DNA of 24,463 bases. It comes from an uncultured Chitinophagaceae bacterium. Lineage in GTDB: Bacteria > Planctomycetota > Planctomycetia > Pirellulales > UBA1268. The stretch is taken from the NCBI GenBank assembly GCA_964541275.1, contig CAZIQV010000002.1, positions 1 through 24,463 on the forward strand. Reading direction: 5' to 3'. The notes beneath the pieces were generated by a model. The model made no database searches, was not told the DNA's origin, and saw only the letters and a program-made list of their open reading frames with translations. This document shows positions 1-7,715 of this stretch, piece by piece (positions within the stretch are counted from its first letter, which is position 1; every line of letters begins with the position of its first letter). A program made the translations under genes and the position numbers.

Positions 1-1008
1 GAGATCTTCGAGGCCCGCAAGCCGAAGGATCCGGCGATCATGGCCGAGATCGACGGCAAGGTGGAGGTCAGCGGTGAGAAACGCCGTGGCAAGCGAACGA
101 TTATCGTCCGCAATGATTCGGGGCTGGAACGCGAGCACCTGATCACCCACGGCAAGCACATGCGGGTCCATGCCGGTGACGTCGTCCGGGCTGGTGAAGC
201 GTTGGTCGACGGACCCCTTGTGCCGCATGACATCCTGCGGATCTCCGGTGAGGAAGAGGTGCAGCGGTACCTGGTTCGGGAGATTCAGAATGTCTACCGC
301 AGCCAACGGGTCGAGATTGACGACAAGCACATTGAAATCATCGTCTCGCAGATGTTGCGGAAGGTGCGGATCGACACCGTCGGCGACACCAGCTTGCTGC
401 CCGGAAGCATGCTCGACAAGCACGAGTTCCGCCAGGCGAACGAGCGGCTCACTGGCTGTCTGCGGATCACCGACAAGGGTGACAGCGAGTTTGAGGTGGG
501 CAGCATCGTGCCGAAGGACGTGCTGACGCAGACCAACGAAACCATCGAGACGCTCGGCGGAGCCCCGGCCAAGGGCAGCAAGCCCAAGGCGGCCACGGCG
601 AGCACGCAGTTGCTGGGGATCACCAAGGCGAGCGTCCAGAGTTCGAGCTTTATCTCGGCTGCCAGCTTCCAGGAGACCACCAAGGTCCTGACCGAGGCGG
701 CGCTTGCCGGCAAGATCGACAACCTTGTCGGCCTCAAAGAAAACGTGATCCTCGGGCATCTCATTCCCGCCGGAACCGGTTTCAACACGTTTCAGTCGTC
801 GGAGGTGCGGGTGCGGCCTGAGGCGCTTGAGGCCCTGCGAATTGACCGCGAGGACCTGCTGGCCCGGGACTTCCCGCTGCTCGAGGCGGCCGAGCCTTCG
901 GCCGAGGAACTGGCAGCAGAAGCCGAAATGCTTGCAGGCGGCAAGCCCGGGCTCGAGATTTTCGGGGACACGCCCGAGGCATCCGAGGAGCCGAGCGAAG
1001 GGCTCTGA
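1..1008 (+). CDS. rpoC: DNA-directed RNA polymerase beta' subunit, C-terminal part (5' truncated by window edge)
   Basis: Frame is open from base 1 ([19 protein letters not shown]). Hallmark beta' motifs: [69 protein letters not shown]. Stop TGA at 1006-1008. Confidence 0.99.
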   Translation, partial: EIFEARKPKDPAIMAEIDGKVEVSGEKRRGKRTIIVRNDSGLEREHLITHGKHMRVHAGDVVRAGEALVDGPLVPHDILRISGEEEVQRYLVREIQNVYRSQRVEIDDKHIEIIVSQMLRKVRIDTVGDTSLLPGSMLDKHEFRQANERLTGCLRITDKGDSEFEVGSIVPKDVLTQTNETIETLGGAPAKGSKPKAATASTQLLGITKASVQSSSFISAASFQETTKVLTEAALAGKIDNLVGLKENVILGHLIPAGTGFNTFQSSEVRVRPEALEALRIDREDLLARDFPLLEAAEPSAEELAAEAEMLAGGKPGLEIFGDTPEASEEPSEGL

Positions 1009-1145
1009 CGTCCGGCGGCCGAGCGGCCGCGGCGACGGTCCGCGAATGCCGGCTCGGCGGTCCCCCCGGGCGGGTCCTGAGGCAGGCAAATCGGCCGCGG
1101 AAAAAACCGGTCGCTGCCGTCTGCGGCGGCGGGCCCGATTCCCAG

Positions 1146-1156
1146 TCTGCTAAGCT
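1146..1156 (+). promoter_or_regulatory. Candidate extended -10 promoter element (TG-c-TAAGCT) upstream of CHAD gene
   Basis: TCTGCTAAGCT matches TGnTAnnnT about 100 bp before ATG 1259. The same TCTGCTA core recurs at 17228 and 21448, both in 5' regions. Confidence 0.4.
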
Positions 1157-1258
1157 GCCCGGAGGCGGAATGCCGCTGCCTCCGAAGTGCTTCTCGGATG
1201 CAGCAGGGCGGGCGTGATCCTGAGCTGTGAGTGCCGTGGCGGCGGTGGGGACAACTCG

Positions 1259-2248
1259 ATGACAACACGACAGGCGGCTGACCGCGAATGGATCGGGGGC
1301 AAACGCGACGGCTGTCGCGAGGATGCGTCGGTGCCGGCGGGCGACCCGAGCCTGCAGGAATTGGCGACGCCGCCGACGGAACGGACCGCTGCTGCGGCGG
1401 CGGTTGAGAAAATCGGTGACCGGCTGGCGGCTGTCTGGCGGGAACTCGACGAGGCGGGCGACCCGCTGGCCGATCCGGAGGTCGTCCACCGGCTGCGGGT
1501 GGCGACCCGCCGCTCGCTCGCCGCCCTCGCCGCGTTCGGCGACCTGACCCCAAAAAAGCTCCGCCGGCGATTTGAGCGGCAATTGCGGCGAGTCAGGCGG
1601 GCGGCTGGCGAGGCTCGCGACCTCGATGTGCTCATCGACCGGCTGCGGCAGCGGTGGCCGACTGCTGCCGAGAACGACCCTGCGGCGGAACGGCTGCTGA
1701 GCCTGCTTGCCGACCAGCAGGTTGCCAGCCGCGGGCCGATTCGCGACTGCCGGGCCGACTTGCTCGCCTGGGATTGGCCGGCTCGGACAAAGCGGCTGCT
1801 TGCGGCAATCGGTGCAGCCGACAGCCTCGGCTACGGCCGCTATGCCCGGCGGCGACTGCGACAGGTCGGCCGCCGGTTTTTTGCCGCAGCAGGTCCGTTC
1901 AAGAGGGCGGCGGGACTGCACCAGTTTCGGATCTGTGGCAAACGGCTGCGGTACAGCCTCGACCTGTTCGCCGACGCCCTGCGGCCGCAGCCCCACGACC
2001 GGTGCCTGAAACTGCTGAAAAAACTGCAGGAGCAACTTGGCGGCTTCACCGACCATGTCGCTGCCGCCGAGCGATTCAGGCAGTTGGCTGCCGAGCCCGT
2101 CGACGCGGGAACCGCCGCAGTCGTCGACTCGCTGCGGGAGGAGGAGCGACGACTGGCACGGCTGACGCGGCGGCAGTTTCGCCGCTGGTGGACCACCGAC
2201 CGCCAGCAGAAACTTCAGCGACTCCTCCGAAAGGCAGCCAAGCGATGA
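1259..2248 (+). CDS. CHAD domain protein (polyphosphate-binding family)
   Basis: CHAD motifs VHRLRVATRR, RDLDVL, LHQFRICGKRLRY, LQEQLGGFTDH; helical and Arg-rich. ATG 1259 is preferred over the ORF-track start 1187. Confidence 0.88.
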   Translation: MTTRQAADREWIGGKRDGCREDASVPAGDPSLQELATPPTERTAAAAAVEKIGDRLAAVWRELDEAGDPLADPEVVHRLRVATRRSLAALAAFGDLTPKKLRRRFERQLRRVRRAAGEARDLDVLIDRLRQRWPTAAENDPAAERLLSLLADQQVASRGPIRDCRADLLAWDWPARTKRLLAAIGAADSLGYGRYARRRLRQVGRRFFAAAGPFKRAAGLHQFRICGKRLRYSLDLFADALRPQPHDRCLKLLKKLQEQLGGFTDHVAAAERFRQLAAEPVDAGTAAVVDSLREEERRLARLTRRQFRRWWTTDRQQKLQRLLRKAAKR

Positions 2249-3444
2249 ACCACCTGCGGAACAACGCCGCTTCCCCGTCGGCCCCCAGCCACGCACTGGC
2301 GGGACGCTGGCTCGGATCGACTGCCGGTCTGATCTCCGTGGGGGGGCTCGCGGCCGTGCTGCTCTGGGGCCTGGCCCGACTTGCGGTCAGCCCGCCACCG
2401 CTGCCGCGGGGGAACACCGGAGACAGCCCGGCCCCGACTGCCGCCGGGTTTCGGCCGACGGTCGAATCGGCGAAGCCGGCCCCGGGGCCGCCGCCGCGGG
2501 GGATGGCCTGGATTCCCGGGGGGCGGTTTTCGCTCGGCTGCCGCGATCCACGGGGCCTTCCCTACGGCGGCAAGCAGCCGATGACCGATGCCCGGCCGGT
2601 GCATGAGGTGACCGTGGGCGGCTTTTGGATCGACACCACCGAGGTGACCAACCGGCAGTTCGCCGCCTTTGTCGAGGCCACGGGCTATGTGACGGTCGCC
2701 GAGAAGCCGCCGCGGCCCGAGGACTTTCCCGGCGCACCTCCCGAGAACCTGGTGGCCGGATCGATCGTGTTCTCGCCGCCAGCGGCGCCGGTGCCGCTGG
2801 GGAATCACCTGCAATGGTGGCGATATGTTCCCGGCGCCGACTGGCGGCATCCGCTCGGGCCCGATTCGTCGATCGCCGGGCACGACGACTTTCCGGTCGT
2901 GCATGTCTCCTATGAAGACGCCGAAGCCTACGCCAGTTGGGCGGGCAAACGGCTGCCGACCGAGGCAGAGTGGGAGTTCGCCGCCCGGGGCGGTCTCGCC
3001 GGGAGCCTTTACCCCTGGGGAAATGAGTTCCGCCCCGAAGGCCGCTGGATGGCCAACACCTGGCAGGGCAGGTTTCCCGTCGAGAACACCGCAGCCGACG
3101 GGTTCGCTGGAATCGCTCCGGTCGCCCGCTACCCTGCCAACGGCTATGGCCTGTTCGACGTCTCCGGCAACGTCTGGGAGTGGTGCGCCGACTGGTATCG
3201 GCCCGACACCTACACCGAGCAGGTCGCCGGCCGGTTGCCTGTGGCCGACCCGGCTGGGCCGGCCGAAAGCTTCGACCCACAGGAGCCGGGGATCGCCAAA
3301 CGGATTCAGCGCGGCGGGTCGTTTCTCTGCAGTGAGCAGTACTGTGCTCGCTACATCATCGGCACCCGCGGCAAGGGCGAGGTGACCTCGGGCTGCAATC
3401 ACCTCGGCTTTCGCTGCGTCCGCGACCTCGAGCCGTCAGACTGA
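2245..3444 (+). CDS. Formylglycine-generating enzyme (FGE/SUMF1) family protein with N-terminal membrane anchor
   Basis: Motifs FWIDTTEVTNRQF, PVVHVSYEDAEAYA, RLPTEAEWEFAARGG, NGYGLFDVSGNVWEW, RGGSFLCSEQYC (Cys-x4-Cys as in active FGE), GFRC. Hydrophobic GLISVGGLAAVLLWGLARLAV near the N-terminus. ATG 2245 overlaps the CHAD stop (ATGA). Confidence 0.93.
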   Translation: MNHLRNNAASPSAPSHALAGRWLGSTAGLISVGGLAAVLLWGLARLAVSPPPLPRGNTGDSPAPTAAGFRPTVESAKPAPGPPPRGMAWIPGGRFSLGCRDPRGLPYGGKQPMTDARPVHEVTVGGFWIDTTEVTNRQFAAFVEATGYVTVAEKPPRPEDFPGAPPENLVAGSIVFSPPAAPVPLGNHLQWWRYVPGADWRHPLGPDSSIAGHDDFPVVHVSYEDAEAYASWAGKRLPTEAEWEFAARGGLAGSLYPWGNEFRPEGRWMANTWQGRFPVENTAADGFAGIAPVARYPANGYGLFDVSGNVWEWCADWYRPDTYTEQVAGRLPVADPAGPAESFDPQEPGIAKRIQRGGSFLCSEQYCARYIIGTRGKGEVTSGCNHLGFRCVRDLEPSD

Positions 3445-3457
3445 GCAACGCGACGCC

Positions 3458-5212
3458 TCAGCGGCCGCGTTTTTTCGCCAGCAGCTTCCGGAGTCCGGCC
3501 AGGGAGCGGGTGTTGGCCACATCCTTCGCCTCGAGCCCGGCCCGACGGGCCTGCAGGATCCCGCATCGCATCACCCCGAGACCGCGGGTCGAGTGCGCGT
3601 CAGTTGAAATCACCAGCGTCGCCCCGGCGCGTTTGGCTGCAGCGGCAAGCGTGTCGTCGAGATCGAGCCGCCAGGGATTGGCATTCACCTCAAGACAGGT
3701 TCCGGTCGCTGCCGCTGCCTCGATCACCTGCTGCATGTCGACTTCATAGGCCGGCCGGCGGTTGATCAGCCGGCCGGTCGGGTGGCCGATGCAGGAGACG
3801 GCCGGGTGGTGAATCGCCTCGAGGATGCGGGCGGTGATCCGCTCGCGGGACTGTTGCTGGCCGTAGTGAAGGCTGGCAACGACCCAGTCAGCCTCGGCAA
3901 GCACGTCATCGGGGAGGTCGAGGCCCCCCTTCTCAAGCATGTCGACCTCGATGCCTTTGAGCACCACCAGCGGCGGCCTTCCGGCGGCGGCGAGGGACTC
4001 ATTGAGCCGGTCAATCTCACGCCACTGCTGCCGCAGTCGTTTTTCGTCGAGACCGTGGGCCATCGTGACTCGTTTGCCATGATCCGTGATGGCGATGTAG
4101 GTCAGGCCCTGGGCAGCTGCTGCCGCCGCCATGTCGGCAAGCGTCGCCTCGCCGTCGGTGGCGGTGGTGTGCATGTGCAGATCGCCACGGATGTCGGCGG
4201 TGGTGACGAGTTTCGGCAGGTTGCCCGCCTCCGCCAGCTCGATTTCGCCGCGGCCTTCCCGCAGTTCCGGCGGGATCCAGGGCAGGCCAAGGGCCTCGTA
4301 CACCTGCTCTTCGCTGGCAGCGGGGGGCAGCGGGGCGGTGCCTGCGAGCCTTGACAGGCCGTATTCGTTGAGCGACAGGCCACGGTCGCGGGCCCGGCCC
4401 CGGAGCCGGACGTTGTGCTCCTTTGAGCCGGTGAAATACTGCCAGGCGGCCCCAAACGATTCGCCGCGAACCACCCGGAGGTCGATCTGTACGTCTCGCG
4501 GCCCGCGGATGCTGGTCTTGGTCTCGCCCCGCAGCAGCACCGCGCCGGCCGCCTCCCAGGAAATGAGTCTGTCCATCACGGTGGCCGGCTCGTCGCTCTC
4601 GGCCAACAGGTCGATGTCGCCGACCGTCTCCCGCCCCCGCCGCCAGCTGCCGGCTGCCTCAACCCGGCGGGCGGCCGGGCACGGCCGCATCCAGGCGAGC
4701 AGGTCCCCGACGATCGCGTCGGCCTCGCTCCAAAGCAGCCGGCTGTGCTCGGGATCTTGGGCGAAGGCGAGGTTGGCAAGGATGGCCGCCTCGGTCTTGG
4801 CGGCAAAACCCTTCAGATCACGCACCCGCCCCTCGCGGCAGGCGTCGGCCAAGTCGTCGAGGGAGTTGATCGAGAGTGACTCGACCAACAGCTTGACCTT
4901 TTTGGGGCCGAGGCCGGGCACCCGCATCAAATCGAAGATGACCGGCGGCACTTCGGCTTCGAGCTGCGCAAGCAGCGGCAGCGGCTGACCGTCGAGTAGC
5001 GTCTCGATCTTCGCCGCGAGGTCCTTGCCGATCCCCTCAAGATCGGTCAGCCGGCGGTCGGTCGAGCGGCGGATCGCCGCCAGGGGCTCGACCGTACCCT
5101 TCACCAGCCGGGCGGCGTTCCGATAGGCCCGCACCCGAAAGACGTTGCCCCCCTGATACTCCAGGAGATCGGCGACATGATCGAAGACGGCGGCGATCTC
5201 GGCGTTGGTCAC
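3458..5212 (-). CDS. polX: DNA polymerase X family / PHP 3'-5' exonuclease (PolX)
   Basis: N-terminal FRVRAYRNAA, HhH motifs GIGKDLAAKI and GLGPKKV, catalytic GSWRR...GDIDLL plus QIDLRV, YFTGSKEHN; PHP motifs DLHMHT, TDHG, HPTGR, STDAH. GTG start. Confidence 0.96.
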   Translation of the reverse strand: MTNAEIAAVFDHVADLLEYQGGNVFRVRAYRNAARLVKGTVEPLAAIRRSTDRRLTDLEGIGKDLAAKIETLLDGQPLPLLAQLEAEVPPVIFDLMRVPGLGPKKVKLLVESLSINSLDDLADACREGRVRDLKGFAAKTEAAILANLAFAQDPEHSRLLWSEADAIVGDLLAWMRPCPAARRVEAAGSWRRGRETVGDIDLLAESDEPATVMDRLISWEAAGAVLLRGETKTSIRGPRDVQIDLRVVRGESFGAAWQYFTGSKEHNVRLRGRARDRGLSLNEYGLSRLAGTAPLPPAASEEQVYEALGLPWIPPELREGRGEIELAEAGNLPKLVTTADIRGDLHMHTTATDGEATLADMAAAAAAQGLTYIAITDHGKRVTMAHGLDEKRLRQQWREIDRLNESLAAAGRPPLVVLKGIEVDMLEKGGLDLPDDVLAEADWVVASLHYGQQQSRERITARILEAIHHPAVSCIGHPTGRLINRRPAYEVDMQQVIEAAAATGTCLEVNANPWRLDLDDTLAAAAKRAGATLVISTDAHSTRGLGVMRCGILQARRAGLEAKDVANTRSLAGLRKLLAKKRGR

Positions 5213-5218
5213 AGGTCG

Positions 5219-6457
5219 TTACTGGGCTCGCGAGGGGAGCGCCGCGGTCGGATACGACGGCTGCCAGCCTTGAGCATACGGCCCGGCAGGAGCCCGCGTG
5301 AACGCCGGCTGCCAGGCCGCTTGCCCGGTGTCAGCCCGAGCGGCGGCGGGTGCCGTCGCTGACGTCGCCCGCCACGAGGTCGTGTGCCCGGTCGGCTCGA
5401 GCAATTTCGGGAAGGCGCGGGTCGAATTGCTGGGCCCGTTCCCCGGCATCACCGGCATTTCGCTGTCGCCCCGCAGCGGCGTGCCGTAGGAGCTGCGGCT
5501 GCCGCTGGTGGGACCGCTGCTCGCCGGCGGAATCGGTCGCAGCGACGGCGGTGGGGTCGCTGCGGGGGGCTGCTGCGGCCCTGCCGGAGCGGGGCGGCCA
5601 GCCTCGGCGGCCTCGGCGGCGTCGGTTTGCCGGTTCGTGCCCGTGTCGCCGGGGGTAGCCGGGGCTTTCTTGGTCTGCCCCTGGCCGGTGGTTTGGCCAG
5701 GCTGCCGCGAAAGGTCCGGAATCGGCTTCAATGACGGCGTCGGAGCCAGCGACGGCGGACTGGTCGGCTGGGGCTGGGCCGGTGTCGGCGGTGGGGCATA
5801 GCTGCCGCTTTGGGGAACGATCTGCTGTTGGTAGGTGCTGCCGCCGGTCGCCGGCGGCAGCATCGGCTGCTGAGTCGGTACCGACGGTGGTGCGGCAGTG
5901 CCGGCGGCGCCCCAGGCCTGTGGCGTTGTCTGCGGCGTGGCAAAGGCACTGGCGGCGGCTCCGGCAGTGTTGGGAGCGGCGACTGCTGCCGGCGGGGTGG
6001 CACCCGGCTGCATCTGGACATATTTGGTGGTGTAGACGGCTCGGTACTGGGTCACCGGCACGCTGACTGGCTGCTGGACATAGTTGGTGACCAGCTCCAT
6101 GCACTCCACGGCGCAGCCAGTGCAGGGATCGATCTCGCAAGACGGCCGATAGCAGGTGACGGGAACACACTTGTAGGTTGTCCGGTAGGTGGTCTCGGGC
6201 ACGTAGCTGACCTGTTGCACCGGCACCATGACAGGCTGGGGTGGAGGCTGCGGTGCGACGGCCACCGCCGCAGGAGCGACCGGTGGCGGGGCGGGCACCG
6301 GCGCCACGGCATAGGCCGGAGCCGCCTTTTTGAAACAGCCGCAGCCGGTGCCGCCAAACAAGCCCGAGAGGCAACACTGCGCCTCGGCGACTGCACAGCA
6401 GCTGCAGAGGGCCCCGGTGAGCAACACGACACCGATTGAATTTTGCTGCGAACGCAT
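5219..6457 (-). CDS. Secreted Pro/Gln/Cys-rich hypothetical protein (planctomycete YTV-like segment)
   Basis: AGGAG RBS 6 nt before ATG 6457. Signal peptide MRSQQNSIGVVLLTGALCSCCAVAEA, Cys/Tyr/Thr/Val-rich block YVPETTYRTTYKCVPVTCYRP...VPVTQYRAVY, then a long low-complexity Pro-rich tail. Confidence 0.75.
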   Translation of the reverse strand: MRSQQNSIGVVLLTGALCSCCAVAEAQCCLSGLFGGTGCGCFKKAAPAYAVAPVPAPPPVAPAAVAVAPQPPPQPVMVPVQQVSYVPETTYRTTYKCVPVTCYRPSCEIDPCTGCAVECMELVTNYVQQPVSVPVTQYRAVYTTKYVQMQPGATPPAAVAAPNTAGAAASAFATPQTTPQAWGAAGTAAPPSVPTQQPMLPPATGGSTYQQQIVPQSGSYAPPPTPAQPQPTSPPSLAPTPSLKPIPDLSRQPGQTTGQGQTKKAPATPGDTGTNRQTDAAEAAEAGRPAPAGPQQPPAATPPPSLRPIPPASSGPTSGSRSSYGTPLRGDSEMPVMPGNGPSNSTRAFPKLLEPTGHTTSWRATSATAPAAARADTGQAAWQPAFTRAPAGPYAQGWQPSYPTAALPSRAQ

Positions 6458-6645
6458 CGCATTCTCCTCGATTCGGAATCGACGGGTCAGGCAAACATGC
6501 CGGGTTTTCCCGTCGCCACCCCTAACGTAGGTTGCGGTCGAGCCGCACCGTCGAGAAAAAATCCCAATTCGATTCCTGAATCTTCTTGGGTCGCAAGGCA
6601 CATCCGGCACGGCCGCGCCAGTCGTTTCAACCGGACAGCCACCGG

Positions 6646-7260
6646 TCATTTCCGGGCAGCTAGCTCGAAGCGGTCGTAGAGTTCAAAGAGGGCCTCCCGG
6701 AAATTTCCGCGGTGCCGATCGAAGACCTCGGCAAGCAGGTCGGGGCCGAAGCGAGCCGCGACGCCCGCGGGGAGGTCGGTCCCTGCGAGCAGGCTGCGGA
6801 CGACCCGGCGAAACACCTCGGCGTCGGGAGCGATCTCCAGCAGCACCGGCCAGCCTCCGGACCTGGGCCGCCGGTGCATCGTGACCACCATGCGACTGTC
6901 CTGGCGGGCCGCCAGACGGATCATCGTCCGGCTCAGACCGCCGGCCAGTTCCCCTCCATCGATGCCGATGAAGCCCCCCGGCGACGTTGCCGCCGCCGTC
7001 GCGACCCCGCGGATCACGTCGGCTGCCGACCGCAGCAGCAACAGCCGGGGCTGCCAGCCCCGGTCGGCAGCGGCCACCGCCAGGTGACTCAGGAGGGTCG
7101 ATTTGCCGCTGCCGTGCGGGCCGCAGATTGCCGCCCGGCCGCCGAGCCGGTCGAGTCGATCGAGCAGCGCCGCCGGCGTCTCGGGCAGCGGCTGCCAGGC
7201 GACTTCGCCAGGACGGGTGAACCGGGTGCTGAACGGATTGGGTTGCGGCTCGCCGGCCAT
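6646..7260 (-). CDS. Small P-loop NTPase, AAA+-like (planctomycete hypothetical)
   Basis: Walker A GPHGSGKS, Walker B-like FIGIDG, C-terminal GNFREALFELYD. ATG 7260 overlaps the upstream stop (TAATG). Confidence 0.8.
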   Translation of the reverse strand: MAGEPQPNPFSTRFTRPGEVAWQPLPETPAALLDRLDRLGGRAAICGPHGSGKSTLLSHLAVAAADRGWQPRLLLLRSAADVIRGVATAAATSPGGFIGIDGGELAGGLSRTMIRLAARQDSRMVVTMHRRPRSGGWPVLLEIAPDAEVFRRVVRSLLAGTDLPAGVAARFGPDLLAEVFDRHRGNFREALFELYDRFELAARK

Positions 7261-7715
7261 TACGAGACCGTCAGCGTCAGCGGTCGGGCGACCGGAACAT
7301 CGCCGACGCAGAAGACCTGCTCGGAGACGAAGTCGCGGCCGCCGCTGAAAAAAAGCCGGACTCTTGCGCACCACCGGATCTTCACGATCAACCCCTCGTA
7401 CGACAGCGGGCTTTGCGGGAGCCGGCTGGCGAACCTGCCAGCCGGCCAGGGTGGGCCGGATGGCTCAACCGCCGGTTGACCGGCCGGAGCGGTGAGCCGT
7501 TCGAAAAAGACAACGCCGAGGTCCTCCTCGCCCTTGCCCTCGGTATACCAGGCGACCGATCGTTCGACGGCTTCGACGGTCGCGGGATCGACAGCCTCCA
7601 CCCGATAGGTGACCTCGAGCAGGCCGCCGGGCCAGAGGATCGTCCCGGCGTTGCCAAAGCGAAACGCCACCCGGGGTTCGGCGAGCGGTCGGCCATCGGA
7701 GGATCGCCCGGTCAT
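7260..7715 (-). CDS. Conserved hypothetical protein, predicted arrestin/Spo0M-like beta-sandwich
   Basis: Alternating beta pattern with WYTEGKGEEDLG and LPQSPLSYEGLIVKIRW. Coupled on both sides (ATGA at 7712-7715, TAATG at 7258-7262). Confidence 0.75.
   Translation of the reverse strand: MTGRSSDGRPLAEPRVAFRFGNAGTILWPGGLLEVTYRVEAVDPATVEAVERSVAWYTEGKGEEDLGVVFFERLTAPAGQPAVEPSGPPWPAGRFASRLPQSPLSYEGLIVKIRWCARVRLFFSGGRDFVSEQVFCVGDVPVARPLTLTVS

Noticed and set aside
1015-1030. GCGGCC-gagc-GGCCGC hairpin after rpoC as a terminator
   Set aside because: Six-bp stem with no U-tract; such stems are common at this GC content.
1009-1258. Absence of rpsL-rpsG-fusA directly after rpoC
   Set aside because: This linkage is broken in many lineages, and I cannot check the norm for this clade without a search.
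782-2296. 504-aa minus-strand ORF and many other long alternative-frame ORFs across the window (e.g. 2215-3402, 8091-9056, 19285-20322, 20075-21265, 22949-24007)
   Set aside because: They are shadows of well-supported genes in very GC-rich DNA: Arg/Pro/Gly/Ala-rich, with no recognisable motifs.
6490-6510. GGAAAAC-ccggcat-GTTTGCC (minus strand), resembling the GAAAA-N10-TTTTC motif
   Set aside because: The spacer is one base short and one arm is mismatched, so it was not counted; worth re-testing with a weight matrix.
6458-6649. 64-codon N-terminal extension of the Pro-rich protein starting at an ATGA overlap with the ATPase stop
   Set aside because: ATG 6457 has a clear AGGAG RBS and is followed directly by a signal peptide; the extension looks non-coding. 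It is not fully excluded.
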